From Saccharolobus islandicus REY15A (GTDB taxonomy: Archaea > Thermoproteota > Thermoprotei_A > Sulfolobales > Sulfolobaceae): a stretch of DNA of 64,000 bases. The position numbers and the translations under genes were made by a program. Below the pieces are notes generated by a model. That model was not told the DNA's origin and did no database searches. It was given only the letters and a program-made list of their open reading frames with translations. The stretch lies in assembly GCF_000189555.1 (NCBI RefSeq), contig NC_017276.1; one strand, 5' to 3'. Of the stretch, positions 10,551 to 22,671 are shown piece after piece (positions within the stretch are counted from its first letter, which is position 1; each line of letters opens with the position of its first letter).

Positions 10551-10563
10551 TTTTTCCCAAATC
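10551..10563 (-). promoter_or_regulatory. GATTTGGGAAAAA element directly upstream of the TATA-like box of the Mo-enzyme gene
   Basis: Minus strand reads GATTTGGGAAAAA-TC-CTTAATAG, about 22-31 nt before the 10519 start; near-identical elements occur at three other promoters in this window. Confidence 0.5.
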
Positions 10564-10602
10564 TAAGCGATTGTTTAAAATATCAAAATAATACTCCTAT
10601 TT

Positions 10603-11622
10603 GTGGATAAGGGCAAAATTTGGAATAGGATAGTTATACCGATCCTGGAAAATCTTGTTGCACCATATTCAGTATTTAAGAGAATCTATATTCAAATAAT
10701 GCTATTAAGTGTAGCAGTACTCATTAATGCAATAGTTTTTGTGAACTACCAGCATCTAGACTGGATTTCCGCAATTTACGCTGGGGTGAATGTAGTAACA
10801 ACAGTAGGACTATATTCACCGAACATTTACCAAATGACTTCTACCGAAAAGATAATACTAACGTTGACTATTATCCTTGCGGTAGGATTATATACTAGCA
10901 TAATACAGAGTATTGTAGCTACCTTAATAAGTAGGGTTACATGGAATGATGCAAAAGCTAGATGGAGAGGTAGACATATGAAAGGTCATACTATTTTAAT
11001 AGGTAACGGTACTGAAATACTAAGTGCCGTTAGGAGGCTAAATAGACTTGGTGTGGATTACATTGTGTTGACCAGTTCTAAAGACATTGCGAACAATATT
11101 AGAGGAGATGCGGTAATTCTAGGTGATCCTAAGGATGATAATAACTTAATTTCAGCTGGTGTCAATTACGCAAAAAACGCTATAGTGATAATGGAAAACG
11201 ATATGGAAGCTCTATTAATAACACTTAAGCTACAGAAACTTAACCCTCCCCTTAAGGTAATAGTTGCAATTAGAGATTACTCGTTAACTGATCTCTTTAA
11301 GACAGCTGGTGCAGATTTGGTAATACCTAGAGAAGATATTATAGGTAGAATAGCTGCAAGTGCAGCACTCTCAACCAATATTGCGGGCTTAATATTTCCA
11401 GAAAGGACTGGAGATATGATAATTGGAATCTTTGAAGTCAAAAAAGCGAAGAAGATTAGCGATTTACCTAGTGAAGTAGTTCCGTTGGCTATTATAAGGA
11501 ATAATAAAATAGACCCTTATTTCAATAAGGATACTGAGCTAAAACCTAGAGATCAGTTGATAATCTTAGGAAATCCGTCGACTTTTCAAAAGGTTAGGGA
11601 GCTACTAGAATTACCGGATTAA
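10603..11622 (+). CDS. MthK-like 2TM channel with RCK (TrkA-N) domain; atypical filter TTVGLY
   Basis: TM - pore helix ([19 protein letters not shown]) - TM, followed by an RCK domain ([20 protein letters not shown]). Confidence 0.85.
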   Translation: MDKGKIWNRIVIPILENLVAPYSVFKRIYIQIMLLSVAVLINAIVFVNYQHLDWISAIYAGVNVVTTVGLYSPNIYQMTSTEKIILTLTIILAVGLYTSIIQSIVATLISRVTWNDAKARWRGRHMKGHTILIGNGTEILSAVRRLNRLGVDYIVLTSSKDIANNIRGDAVILGDPKDDNNLISAGVNYAKNAIVIMENDMEALLITLKLQKLNPPLKVIVAIRDYSLTDLFKTAGADLVIPREDIIGRIAASAALSTNIAGLIFPERTGDMIIGIFEVKKAKKISDLPSEVVPLAIIRNNKIDPYFNKDTELKPRDQLIILGNPSTFQKVRELLELPD

Positions 11623-11801
11623 AATAAGCTTTTCTAAATTTTCCTTAAACTTACTCGCTGGTTTGTCATAAAAATTTTTATCATGATAAATTCTTATTGT
11701 GTTTATATATTATGTTCTAAATTTCCACGTATTCCTATAATATTTTCGCTGTTATTTAATTTTCCGATAATGTTTATAAACTTCTACTTGTATATTATTA
11801 T

Positions 11802-12116
11802 ATGCGAGTTGAACGACGTAAAAGAGGAACAATGGAAATAATGCTCGATATATTGAGGAGTTGTGATCCAGAATGTGGTGTTACAAGGGTAATATATGGT
11901 GCGGGTATAAATTATTCGGTAGCTCAAAAATATTTAGATCAATTAATAAAAGTAGGCGCTTTAAGCATTAAAACTGAAAATGGAAAAAAGATTTATGGAA
12001 TAACTGAAAAGGGTAAATTACTGAGGATGCATATTGAAGAGTTTATAAAGATAAGGGAGAATTTAAATTTAGCTAGAGAGAAAGTCATAGAACTTCTAAA
12101 AACCAACTTTCGATGA
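11802..12116 (+). CDS. Winged-helix transcriptional regulator
   Basis: RRKRGTMEIMLDIL...TRVIYGAGINYSVAQKYLDQL...YGITEKG, a typical archaeal wHTH pattern. Confidence 0.85.
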   Translation: MRVERRKRGTMEIMLDILRSCDPECGVTRVIYGAGINYSVAQKYLDQLIKVGALSIKTENGKKIYGITEKGKLLRMHIEEFIKIRENLNLAREKVIELLKTNFR

Positions 12117-12127
12117 ACAATATGAAG

Positions 12128-12541
12128 CTAGAGTTTTCTCTTTATTCTCTCTAATCTAATTTTCTCATCAAATGTTTCCTCCAGTTCATTTAATTTATTG
12201 GATATATATACCCTCAGCGGCAAATATATTATATACAAATTCTGGAGTAATATGGTAATATTTATTTTATCCTCAATAGCTTGAATATTTATTTTCCCGG
12301 AGACACCGGGTGGTCTTTCGAATTCAATAACATGAGTAATATTATAAGAACCTATATATTCTCTACCTTGGAAAATAACTGGTAATCTTCCTATGGCTCC
12401 TTCACACCTATATAATTTATTAGAATTTAGAAGAAATTTCCTAACTGGCAGAACTAAAGGTATGAAAAATTCTGGATCAGCAAGTATTTTGACTATCGTA
12501 TCGGCATCGTGTTTTGTCTTTATTGTCTTCTGCCATTCCAT
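12128..12541 (-). CDS. Hypothetical protein, probable SRPBCC/CoxG-like ligand-binding fold
   Basis: TIVKILADPEFFIP N-terminal pattern and C-terminal DEKIRLERIKRKL resemble Sulfolobus START-like proteins; recognition only. Confidence 0.55.
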   Translation of the reverse strand: MEWQKTIKTKHDADTIVKILADPEFFIPLVLPVRKFLLNSNKLYRCEGAIGRLPVIFQGREYIGSYNITHVIEFERPPGVSGKINIQAIEDKINITILLQNLYIIYLPLRVYISNKLNELEETFDEKIRLERIKRKL

Positions 12542-12640
12542 TATATATTAATGGGATCTCGTGTATAATAAAGTTTAAACTATAATGTATAATATAATCT
12601 TTTAATACATTTCAATTTTAGTATTGTACTCATCTATTAC

Positions 12641-13597
12641 TTAACTCTTTTTCTTAAGTTCCCAATAAGCCTTATCAAACTCCTCATTTACTAAGCTTAA
12701 TATATTATTGAGTTGATTTATATCATTAAAATGTAAAATTACAGTGAAAACGTTTGTACCTCCATTTTTTCCCGTAAAATAAATTTCTGGTAATCCGATT
12801 TTCATTTTTGAGAAGGAGTCATTAATATAAGCCCTTGCTAAATTAAGTAAGTCGTTAGCTGGAACGTCTGCATTAACTAATAATTGATAAGGATATGTTA
12901 AGGAGTGTTCAGATTCCAATTTTTGAAATACAGTATTTCCCAGAAACGCTGAATTAGGTATCTTAATAACATTTCCATTAATTGTCTTAACTTCAGTGAA
13001 GAGTAGTGATATCTTATTAATCTCTCCGATTATTGGGTTTCCCCATATCCATGATATTAATGAAACGGAATCGTTTAGCCTTATTGTCCTACTAGAAGTC
13101 ACTAATATTCCGGATAGTATATTTTGTGCAATCGTTTGGACTGCCAAACCAATTACAATACCACCTACAGCTCCACCGACTAATACTCCAGTTAAGTTTA
13201 CTTTTAATGCTGCTAGTATTACAAGAACGAGAACCGTATAAAATATAATGTCAAGAGCGACTTTTATACTAGACGCTGTACTTTTCTCTAATTTTGTCAG
13301 TAATTGACTGTAAATTAAACCTTGTAAAATTCTTATAATGTAAAAACCACCTATGGCTATTATAATAACCGTTATTGCTGTAAAGGCGTCAGAGGTATAG
13401 GTGAATATTTTAGGGAAGTAAAATGTTAATGCTTTTAAAATTACATTGGCTAAATAGTCTACGAGGGCTAAAATTACTAGAGTGAAAAGAATTTTTATGA
13501 AGGGCTTATAGTCCATAGTATAAAACTTTAAATCATGAGTAATAAGCGTTATCAAAGTATTTCCCAGAATTATTGAATATAAGCCAACTAATATCAT
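12641..13597 (-). CDS. mscS: Small-conductance mechanosensitive channel
   Basis: LVGGAVGGIVIGLAVQTIAQNILSGILV, IRLND.V, GNVIKIPNS motifs. Confidence 0.9.
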   Translation of the reverse strand: MILVGLYSIILGNTLITLITHDLKFYTMDYKPFIKILFTLVILALVDYLANVILKALTFYFPKIFTYTSDAFTAITVIIIAIGGFYIIRILQGLIYSQLLTKLEKSTASSIKVALDIIFYTVLVLVILAALKVNLTGVLVGGAVGGIVIGLAVQTIAQNILSGILVTSSRTIRLNDSVSLISWIWGNPIIGEINKISLLFTEVKTINGNVIKIPNSAFLGNTVFQKLESEHSLTYPYQLLVNADVPANDLLNLARAYINDSFSKMKIGLPEIYFTGKNGGTNVFTVILHFNDINQLNNILSLVNEEFDKAYWELKKKS

Positions 13598-13686
13598 AAT
13601 AATTTAAGAAAATGCTAGGCAAAAATAAAATAGCAAAAAACATTACTATATATAGAATCCCATGAAGATTGAGAATGAAGGTCGTG

Positions 13687-15324
13687 TCAGCGGCCGACTA
13701 TGAGACTCTTCATGGGAGTTTTTTCAAAAATCAATAAGATAAAAGGTAAGATAAGGAAGAATAAGCTTACAAAGAACAGTTCATGTATTAAAGTTGTGAG
13801 AGAGTTCTGGGAAATATTACTCGTAAGCTCAAGAAAACCATTGTAATTCTTAGAATTAGTCCAATATCCCGAATACGGTAATGAGACTACAAAAGGTGGT
13901 TTATCACCATAAATTCTAATCTCTACATCGGAAATGCTATAGTTCCTAACTGAGCTTCCATTTAAGTAATGTGCTAGCCCAGTAAAATTCTCATTATAGT
14001 AAACTAGAACTTGACCAAATGTCTTCACTAGTCTTAATCCGGTATAATTTATCTGTGATGTCGAAATGAGATATTTCATTCCGTAGAAAGGATTTGTAAG
14101 ATTATGAATAAAGCTAGGATTATAAATGAAGCCACTAAAGCCTGGTAAATATTGCAAGTACTGGTACTGTGTCGCTAAAGAGTAAACATTATTTGGATTG
14201 TTTTGAGATAAGTAATCATAGAGTTCATAATACCACGTAGGCATTGGTTGTGGTTTAAAAGAGAAGATTGAATAAGTTGTGGCTTGTAGACCTCCGGTAT
14301 TGACAAGAAGCACTATTAATAGTAATGAAAGTAAAGGTATTATGAATTCCCTAGTCCTCTTTAAGTAAAACAAACTTAGGTCTAAAAGACCAAAACTTAA
14401 CAAGTATACTTTAGTTTGAAAAGTTGTTATTGAAGCAAGCAACGCAGAAATGATTGGAATATTAAGTTGAAAGTTCTGTAAGATAGCGTAAATTATAAGC
14501 AGTAATCCTACTGATGTAATTGTAGCTAACGCGTACTTATTCTTATAAATAAATGCAGTCGTTATTACAATCGCGAATAAAAGTGACGATACTATCGTAG
14601 AATAATAGGCTAGCCCTAATCTCACTAGAGTATTCGATGGTGAAATCAATACGCTAGGAACGACGCCAATGTATAGATAAATTTCCCATGAGAGTTCTGA
14701 TAGAAATCCCAGGAGATCAGCTAAAATAGGATAAAGAAAAAATAGGTATTTTTTCTCCTTGATGGATAATAGGATAAAGGGTAATTGGAAAAAGAAAGAG
14801 AAGAGGAACATTTGAAAGAAGAAGATCTGACCTATTACCTCTACAATGCCCAAATAAATGAGATATTTGAATTTATTCTTTACGTCATATAACATCTTGT
14901 GCGTAAGATAATACACTAATGGTTGTAATGAGTAAACTAAAAGTATACTTTCACCATCTCCAGTATAAAATATTGAAATGGAAATAGGGTTTAATGTGAA
15001 GATCAAGGGTAAAATTAATCTTTTAAATAAATCACCTTTCCTTCCTAACGTAAAATAGATCGAAATTGGTGCTATTAAGAAGGCGAGAAAGTTTAATGTT
15101 TTTATTAAATTGTTCTCACCCATCAAGAGGGATAAATAATATTGTATTGTGGCTGACGGCGTGTATAATCCCGGATTAGTTGGAGGAAGTATTGTAGTAT
15201 CTCCCAGAGTGTAAGGAGGGGATAGCATGTAATTCCTTATGGCTATTAAAAATACTAGTACAAATACTGATAGATAAATTATATCATCTTTTTTTACTAG
15301 TCCTTTTGGGTGCATTAAAATCAC
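13687..15324 (-). CDS. Multi-pass membrane protein with C-terminal soluble domain (possibly GT-C/YfhO-like)
   Basis: Roughly 11 hydrophobic segments, LGD after TM1, a Tyr/Asn-rich soluble domain and a final TM; third gene of the AAA operon. Confidence 0.7.
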   Translation of the reverse strand: MILMHPKGLVKKDDIIYLSVFVLVFLIAIRNYMLSPPYTLGDTTILPPTNPGLYTPSATIQYYLSLLMGENNLIKTLNFLAFLIAPISIYFTLGRKGDLFKRLILPLIFTLNPISISIFYTGDGESILLVYSLQPLVYYLTHKMLYDVKNKFKYLIYLGIVEVIGQIFFFQMFLFSFFFQLPFILLSIKEKKYLFFLYPILADLLGFLSELSWEIYLYIGVVPSVLISPSNTLVRLGLAYYSTIVSSLLFAIVITTAFIYKNKYALATITSVGLLLIIYAILQNFQLNIPIISALLASITTFQTKVYLLSFGLLDLSLFYLKRTREFIIPLLSLLLIVLLVNTGGLQATTYSIFSFKPQPMPTWYYELYDYLSQNNPNNVYSLATQYQYLQYLPGFSGFIYNPSFIHNLTNPFYGMKYLISTSQINYTGLRLVKTFGQVLVYYNENFTGLAHYLNGSSVRNYSISDVEIRIYGDKPPFVVSLPYSGYWTNSKNYNGFLELTSNISQNSLTTLIHELFFVSLFFLILPFILLIFEKTPMKSLIVGR

Positions 15325-15478
15325 CGAGATACAGTGCTAATAGTAAAGCCAAGAAATATATAAGGGACGAATAGAGAAGGAAAGGATACGAGACCAGTTT
15401 AATACTATACAGAAGCATAGCCTCCAGTAGGAGTAAAAATAGAGAGAAACCAATGAGCACTTTGATCCAGTTTTGCAC
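15284..15478 (-). CDS. Small two-TM membrane protein
   Basis: 64 aa with two hydrophobic stretches; co-oriented between the AAA gene and the large membrane protein. Confidence 0.6.
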   Translation of the reverse strand: MQNWIKVLIGFSLFLLLLEAMLLYSIKLVSYPFLLYSSLIYFLALLLALYLGDFNAPKRTSKKR

Positions 15479-15521
15479 ACTATTATCTTAATCGTTTTGG
15501 GATTAATCTTTTTCCCAAACC

Positions 15522-17279
15522 TTATCTTCTTTCAAATCCGAATTTCTCGTACATCATCAACGTTTGTCTATCTAAGCTCGTTTTTACTCTATTCAATACG
15601 TTCATGAAATCCTCCAGTTTTACTTCGGTCCTCAAATTACCACTAATTGAGGCCTCTTTTAATAAATTCCTCTTTACCTCCTCCACAACTAGTTTTAAAT
15701 CTGCTGGGGTGTAATTCTCAGTAAGCTCAGCAACTTTAGAAATAATATTTTTGCTAATAATCAAATCCTTAATAAGAACTTGTAATATTTTCTCTCTCCC
15801 ATCCTTATCTGGCGGAGGTACATAAATTATCTTATCAAATCTGCCAGCCCTTAATATTGCGGGGTCTAAGTCCCAAGGTCTATTAGTTGCACCAACAACT
15901 ATTACATTATGAATTTCCCTCAAACCATCCATTTGCCTTAATAATTCCGTCAATGCATTTCTCCACTCATTAGCCATTCTATTCCTCGCTATCATATCTA
16001 TCTCATCAATGAATATTATTGCTGGGGCATTATCTAGGGCAACATAGAATTTCTCAGCTATAATCTTTGGGGCATCTAGAGGACCTGCACTACTGACCTC
16101 TTCTCCAGACAGTTCTATGAAATTGAACCTCAGATCATTAGCTAGGGCCTTAGCAATACTAGTTTTTCCGGTCCCAGGTGGACCATATAACAGTATACCT
16201 TTAACCGGATATATTCCCAGTTTCTCTGCAAACTTCTTGCTGGTTATGGGTAATACTATGGACTCCCTTATTATCCTCTTAACCTCTTCTAAATCCCCTA
16301 AATCGTTCCAAGAAATGTTAGGAACACCATAAGTCTTTATAATTAGCTTACTCCTCTCGTACTTTCTAGCAACATTTTCAAATTTAATTATCGTTGAAAG
16401 TTGAATAGAGGGTTTGTAATTCCCAATCTCCCGTAGAAAGTCCTCAGTATTTGGACTATTATTCTTACTTAGTACCTTATCGACAACGTTCTTAATGTCT
16501 GCAGGAGAAAATCTCTCACTCCTCTTTGCCAATAAGGAATAATCAATATCCTCTCTCTTTATATAACCCCTCCATATCTCCTCTCTACTCTTCTCATCCG
16601 GTAATGCTACGTAAATTACTTCGTCAAATCTCCCAGGTCTTAAAAATGCTTCATCAATTTCCTGAGGTACATTCGTTGCTCCAATTATTATCACCCTTAA
16701 GCTCTTATCATGTAAATCTTGAAGTCTCATTAACATTATATTTACTAACCTATGAGTAACCTCATGCAAATCACTTTGCCTACTCATAGCTAGGCTATCC
16801 AATTCGTCTATAAACACAACAGCTGGTGTGTTCATTTCCACTTGATCGAAGAAATTATCTAACAAGAGTTCACTTTCACCATACCACTTACTCAATATTT
16901 TACTTGGTCTTAACTCAAAGTAAGCCCAGCCTAATTTATTCGCTAAGGCCTTCGCTATTGTTGTTTTACCAGTTCCAGGAGGGCCAAAGAGTATAACCCC
17001 ATATGCCCTTCCATCTTGAACCATTTTAGCTATCTCTTCTAATCTCATTTTAACTTCTTTCAAATCATACACTTCATCCCATCTAATATTAGGAATATAG
17101 ATCTTAGGTCTTCTACTTCTAGTAGTATTCCCTATCATCATCCTCCTTGAGAAATAAAACCAGAAAATTAATGGAACTAGAAAAAATAATATTGTTAGTA
17201 TTATCTCTAAGATAAGCTGTATGGTATTATTGCTCAATCCTATAAGTATACTAGAGTTATTAGAAGACACTGTCGACAT
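15522..17279 (-). CDS. N-terminally membrane-anchored tandem AAA+ ATPase (CDC48-like D1-D2, no N-domain)
   Basis: One TM (IILTILFFLVPLIFWFYF), then two GPPGTGKT, FIDELD/FIDEID and SRH motifs (ATN...LRPGRFD / LRAGRFD). Confidence 0.92.
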   Translation of the reverse strand: MSTVSSNNSSILIGLSNNTIQLILEIILTILFFLVPLIFWFYFSRRMMIGNTTRSRRPKIYIPNIRWDEVYDLKEVKMRLEEIAKMVQDGRAYGVILFGPPGTGKTTIAKALANKLGWAYFELRPSKILSKWYGESELLLDNFFDQVEMNTPAVVFIDELDSLAMSRQSDLHEVTHRLVNIMLMRLQDLHDKSLRVIIIGATNVPQEIDEAFLRPGRFDEVIYVALPDEKSREEIWRGYIKREDIDYSLLAKRSERFSPADIKNVVDKVLSKNNSPNTEDFLREIGNYKPSIQLSTIIKFENVARKYERSKLIIKTYGVPNISWNDLGDLEEVKRIIRESIVLPITSKKFAEKLGIYPVKGILLYGPPGTGKTSIAKALANDLRFNFIELSGEEVSSAGPLDAPKIIAEKFYVALDNAPAIIFIDEIDMIARNRMANEWRNALTELLRQMDGLREIHNVIVVGATNRPWDLDPAILRAGRFDKIIYVPPPDKDGREKILQVLIKDLIISKNIISKVAELTENYTPADLKLVVEEVKRNLLKEASISGNLRTEVKLEDFMNVLNRVKTSLDRQTLMMYEKFGFERR

Positions 17280-17478
17280 ACATTTTAATTTTACCTCTCA
17301 AACTTTTTATTTTTATATGATCCGAGACTTTCTAACTTTATAAAGAAGTGACTAACAAAGAGAAAAGCTAGTTTAACTTAATTAGGGGTTAAGGGGGCGA
17401 AAGTCCCCTTCCGTGAGGGAGGGGATGAATAGCCCCTTATAGAAACCTTTTTATAGTTATTAAAAAATAGATATAACT

Positions 17479-17886
17479 ATGCGGTACAGATTGGACAGAG
17501 GATACCATTCAGTTTACGCTCTTTATTACCACTATGTCCAGGTGGTGAAGTACCGCAGAAAGGTGTTCGATAATGAAGAGATTATAAACTTCCTAAAGGA
17601 ACAAATTCAGGAAATAAGCAAAACATTCGAAGTTGAAGTCATAGACATAGGAGTAGACAAAGACCACTTCCACATGTTATTCAAAGCAAAACCAACCCTG
17701 AATATACCCAGATACGTGAACGCAATCAAGACCATCACGTCTAGGGAAATACAGAGAAAATTTCCACAAGTAAAGGAAAAACTGTGGAAAGGGCACTTCT
17801 GGTCACCATCTTATTTCCTAGCAACGAGCGGACAAGTAACATTGGAGGTACTGAAAAAATATGTGGAGAGCCAAGGAGAAGAGTGA
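17479..17886 (+). CDS. tnpA: Y1 HUH transposase TnpA
   Basis: YHYVQVVKYRRKV, DHFHML (HUH), FWSPSYF, KKYVESQ (catalytic Tyr...Gln). Confidence 0.95.
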   Translation: MRYRLDRGYHSVYALYYHYVQVVKYRRKVFDNEEIINFLKEQIQEISKTFEVEVIDIGVDKDHFHMLFKAKPTLNIPRYVNAIKTITSREIQRKFPQVKEKLWKGHFWSPSYFLATSGQVTLEVLKKYVESQGEE

Positions 17887-19066
17887 TAAGATTCAACTCT
17901 CATTCAAGTACAAGATTTACCCAACGAGAGAAGTCGAGGAGAAACTCATCAAAGTGATGCAAATTGAGGCTAAAGTATACAATGCCTTGCTAGACGTGAT
18001 AAACAACGCGAGGAAAGAAGGGAAAAAGATAACACCTAAAGACACTCAAAACATGTTGAAAGACTTGAAAATAGAAGGGAAGGAACTAGTTTACTCTAAA
18101 GCCCTTCAAATGGTTAACAACCAATTATGGTACAACATCAATGCTCTTCATGAACTGAAGAAGAAAGGGAAGAAAGTGGGGAAACTGAGGTACAAGAAGA
18201 TCATGAAGACTATCAATTATAATCAATCTGGTTTCAAGGTTGAGGGAGACAAGCTGACCCTCTCAAAGATAGGAGAGATAAAAGTACTCTTTCACAGACC
18301 GTTGGAAGGCGAGGTAAAAGGAGTTATAATAAAGAAGAGTTCAACTGGTTGGTATGCTATCTTTCAAGTTGAGGTGGAAAAGAAGCCTCTTGAGAAAACT
18401 GGGAAAGTAGTTGGGATAGACTTAGGAGTGGATAAACTAGTAACTACTTCTGATGGTGTAGTGGTAGAGAACCCCAAGGTTTTTGATAAGGTCGAGAGGA
18501 GGATAAAGATTTTGCAACAATCATTATCTAGAAAGAAGAAGGGATCTAGAAACTACGAGAAGGTCAGGGAAAAACTAGCTAAGCTTCACGAACATATAAA
18601 GAACTTGATGAGTGATTATATTCATAAGGTAACTTCGTGGTTAGTAGAAGAGTATGATGAGATCTACGTGGAAGATCTTGATGTGAAGAAGATGGTTGAG
18701 GATGGTGAAAGTAAAACTTTGAGAAAGCATATTCTTCATTCTAACTTTTCTAAGTTTATGAGCTATCTCTCCTACAAGGCTGAAAGAGCTGGTAGGAGGG
18801 TAGTGAAAGTAGATCCGAGGAATACTTCTAAGACGTGTGCTAGGTGCGGTTACGTTAAGAAGGACTTGGCTTTGGCTGACCGTGTGTTTGTATGCCCCAA
18901 GTGTGGTTGGACTGTAGATCGTGACTATAATGCTTCTCTAAATATTCTTCGTGCGGGGTCGGGACTGCCCTTAGAGCCTGTGGACAGGGGACCTCTGCTA
19001 TACATACCCTTCTCTGAGGGTGTGTATAGTAAGTTTCTTGGAAGAAGCAGGAAATCTCCATCGTGA
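17861..19066 (+). CDS. tnpB: RNA-guided endonuclease TnpB
   Basis: RuvC-I GIDLG, RuvC-II YVEDL, CxxC..CxxC zinc finger, Ruv[14 protein letters not shown]; D-E-D triad intact. Confidence 0.95.
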   Translation: MWRAKEKSDKIQLSFKYKIYPTREVEEKLIKVMQIEAKVYNALLDVINNARKEGKKITPKDTQNMLKDLKIEGKELVYSKALQMVNNQLWYNINALHELKKKGKKVGKLRYKKIMKTINYNQSGFKVEGDKLTLSKIGEIKVLFHRPLEGEVKGVIIKKSSTGWYAIFQVEVEKKPLEKTGKVVGIDLGVDKLVTTSDGVVVENPKVFDKVERRIKILQQSLSRKKKGSRNYEKVREKLAKLHEHIKNLMSDYIHKVTSWLVEEYDEIYVEDLDVKKMVEDGESKTLRKHILHSNFSKFMSYLSYKAERAGRRVVKVDPRNTSKTCARCGYVKKDLALADRVFVCPKCGWTVDRDYNASLNILRAGSGLPLEPVDRGPLLYIPFSEGVYSKFLGRSRKSPS

Positions 19067-19104
19067 GGTGGAGATGCCACGTCCGTAAGGGCGGGGTAGT
19101 TCAC

Positions 19105-19124
<20 letters not shown>
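18950..19124 (+). ncRNA. Predicted reRNA/omegaRNA of TnpB-1 (scaffold overlapping the tnpB 3' end, plus flank-derived guide)
   Basis: Known architecture of TnpB systems; conserved CCTGTGGA...GAAGCAGGAA...GCCACGTCCGT.AGGGCG.GGTAGTTCAC shared with the second element; the 5' boundary is approximate. Confidence 0.6.
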
Positions 19125-19392
<268 letters not shown>

Positions 19393-19398
19393 CTTTAA

Positions 19399-20958
<1,560 letters not shown>

Positions 20959-21036
20959 AGGAAATCAATAGGAATAAAATAAAATAAGAATAATAAGCTT
21001 TAATATTCAAACAGTTGTACAGTTTTTAAAAAAATG

Positions 21037-22359
<1,323 letters not shown>

Positions 22360-22671
22360 ATAACTAACTTTCCTAGCACTGCTTAAAAGCTGATCATCTA
22401 CTCACCTATATGAAATTGACCATCCTTGTCAAGGAAAAGAAAGTTCTAATAATTTCTAAAATAGTTACAGCTTATACTAGTACAATAACTTATAAGTGGT
22501 AATTGGAAATATTATCAAATAGAAATTGAATGAATCAATATAATTTTTCTCGTCATCAAGGTAAGGTATTTTTGTTAAAAAAGAAAATTCGAATCCACAT
22601 ATAACTTTAAATACTTTAAAAATTTGATAGTAGTAAGGTTTTTAAGCACTTTACATACCACACTACTTAAA

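Larger units (their letters stand above)
17377..19104 (+). mobile_element. IS200/IS605-family element (tnpA+tnpB), 1728 bp
   Basis: Target TTTAA at 17372-17376; left-end hairpin CCCCTTCC-GTGA-GGGAGGGG (17405-17424); right-end hairpin then TAGTTCAC ending at 19104; no TSD or TIR. Ends defined by alignment with the second element at 49896-52421. Confidence 0.93.

Noticed and set aside
15496-15519. TTTGGGA-n9-TCCCAAA inverted repeat containing a TTTGGGAAAAA copy on the minus strand
   Set aside because: It lies immediately after the AAA stop codon and the adjacent TATA is weak; it could equally be a hairpin or terminator, so it was not counted as a fifth promoter motif.
22360-22671. 30-aa ORF (MKLTILVKEKK...) in the gabT/APC divergent intergenic region
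   Set aside because: Short and featureless, and overlaps expected promoter elements; no support.
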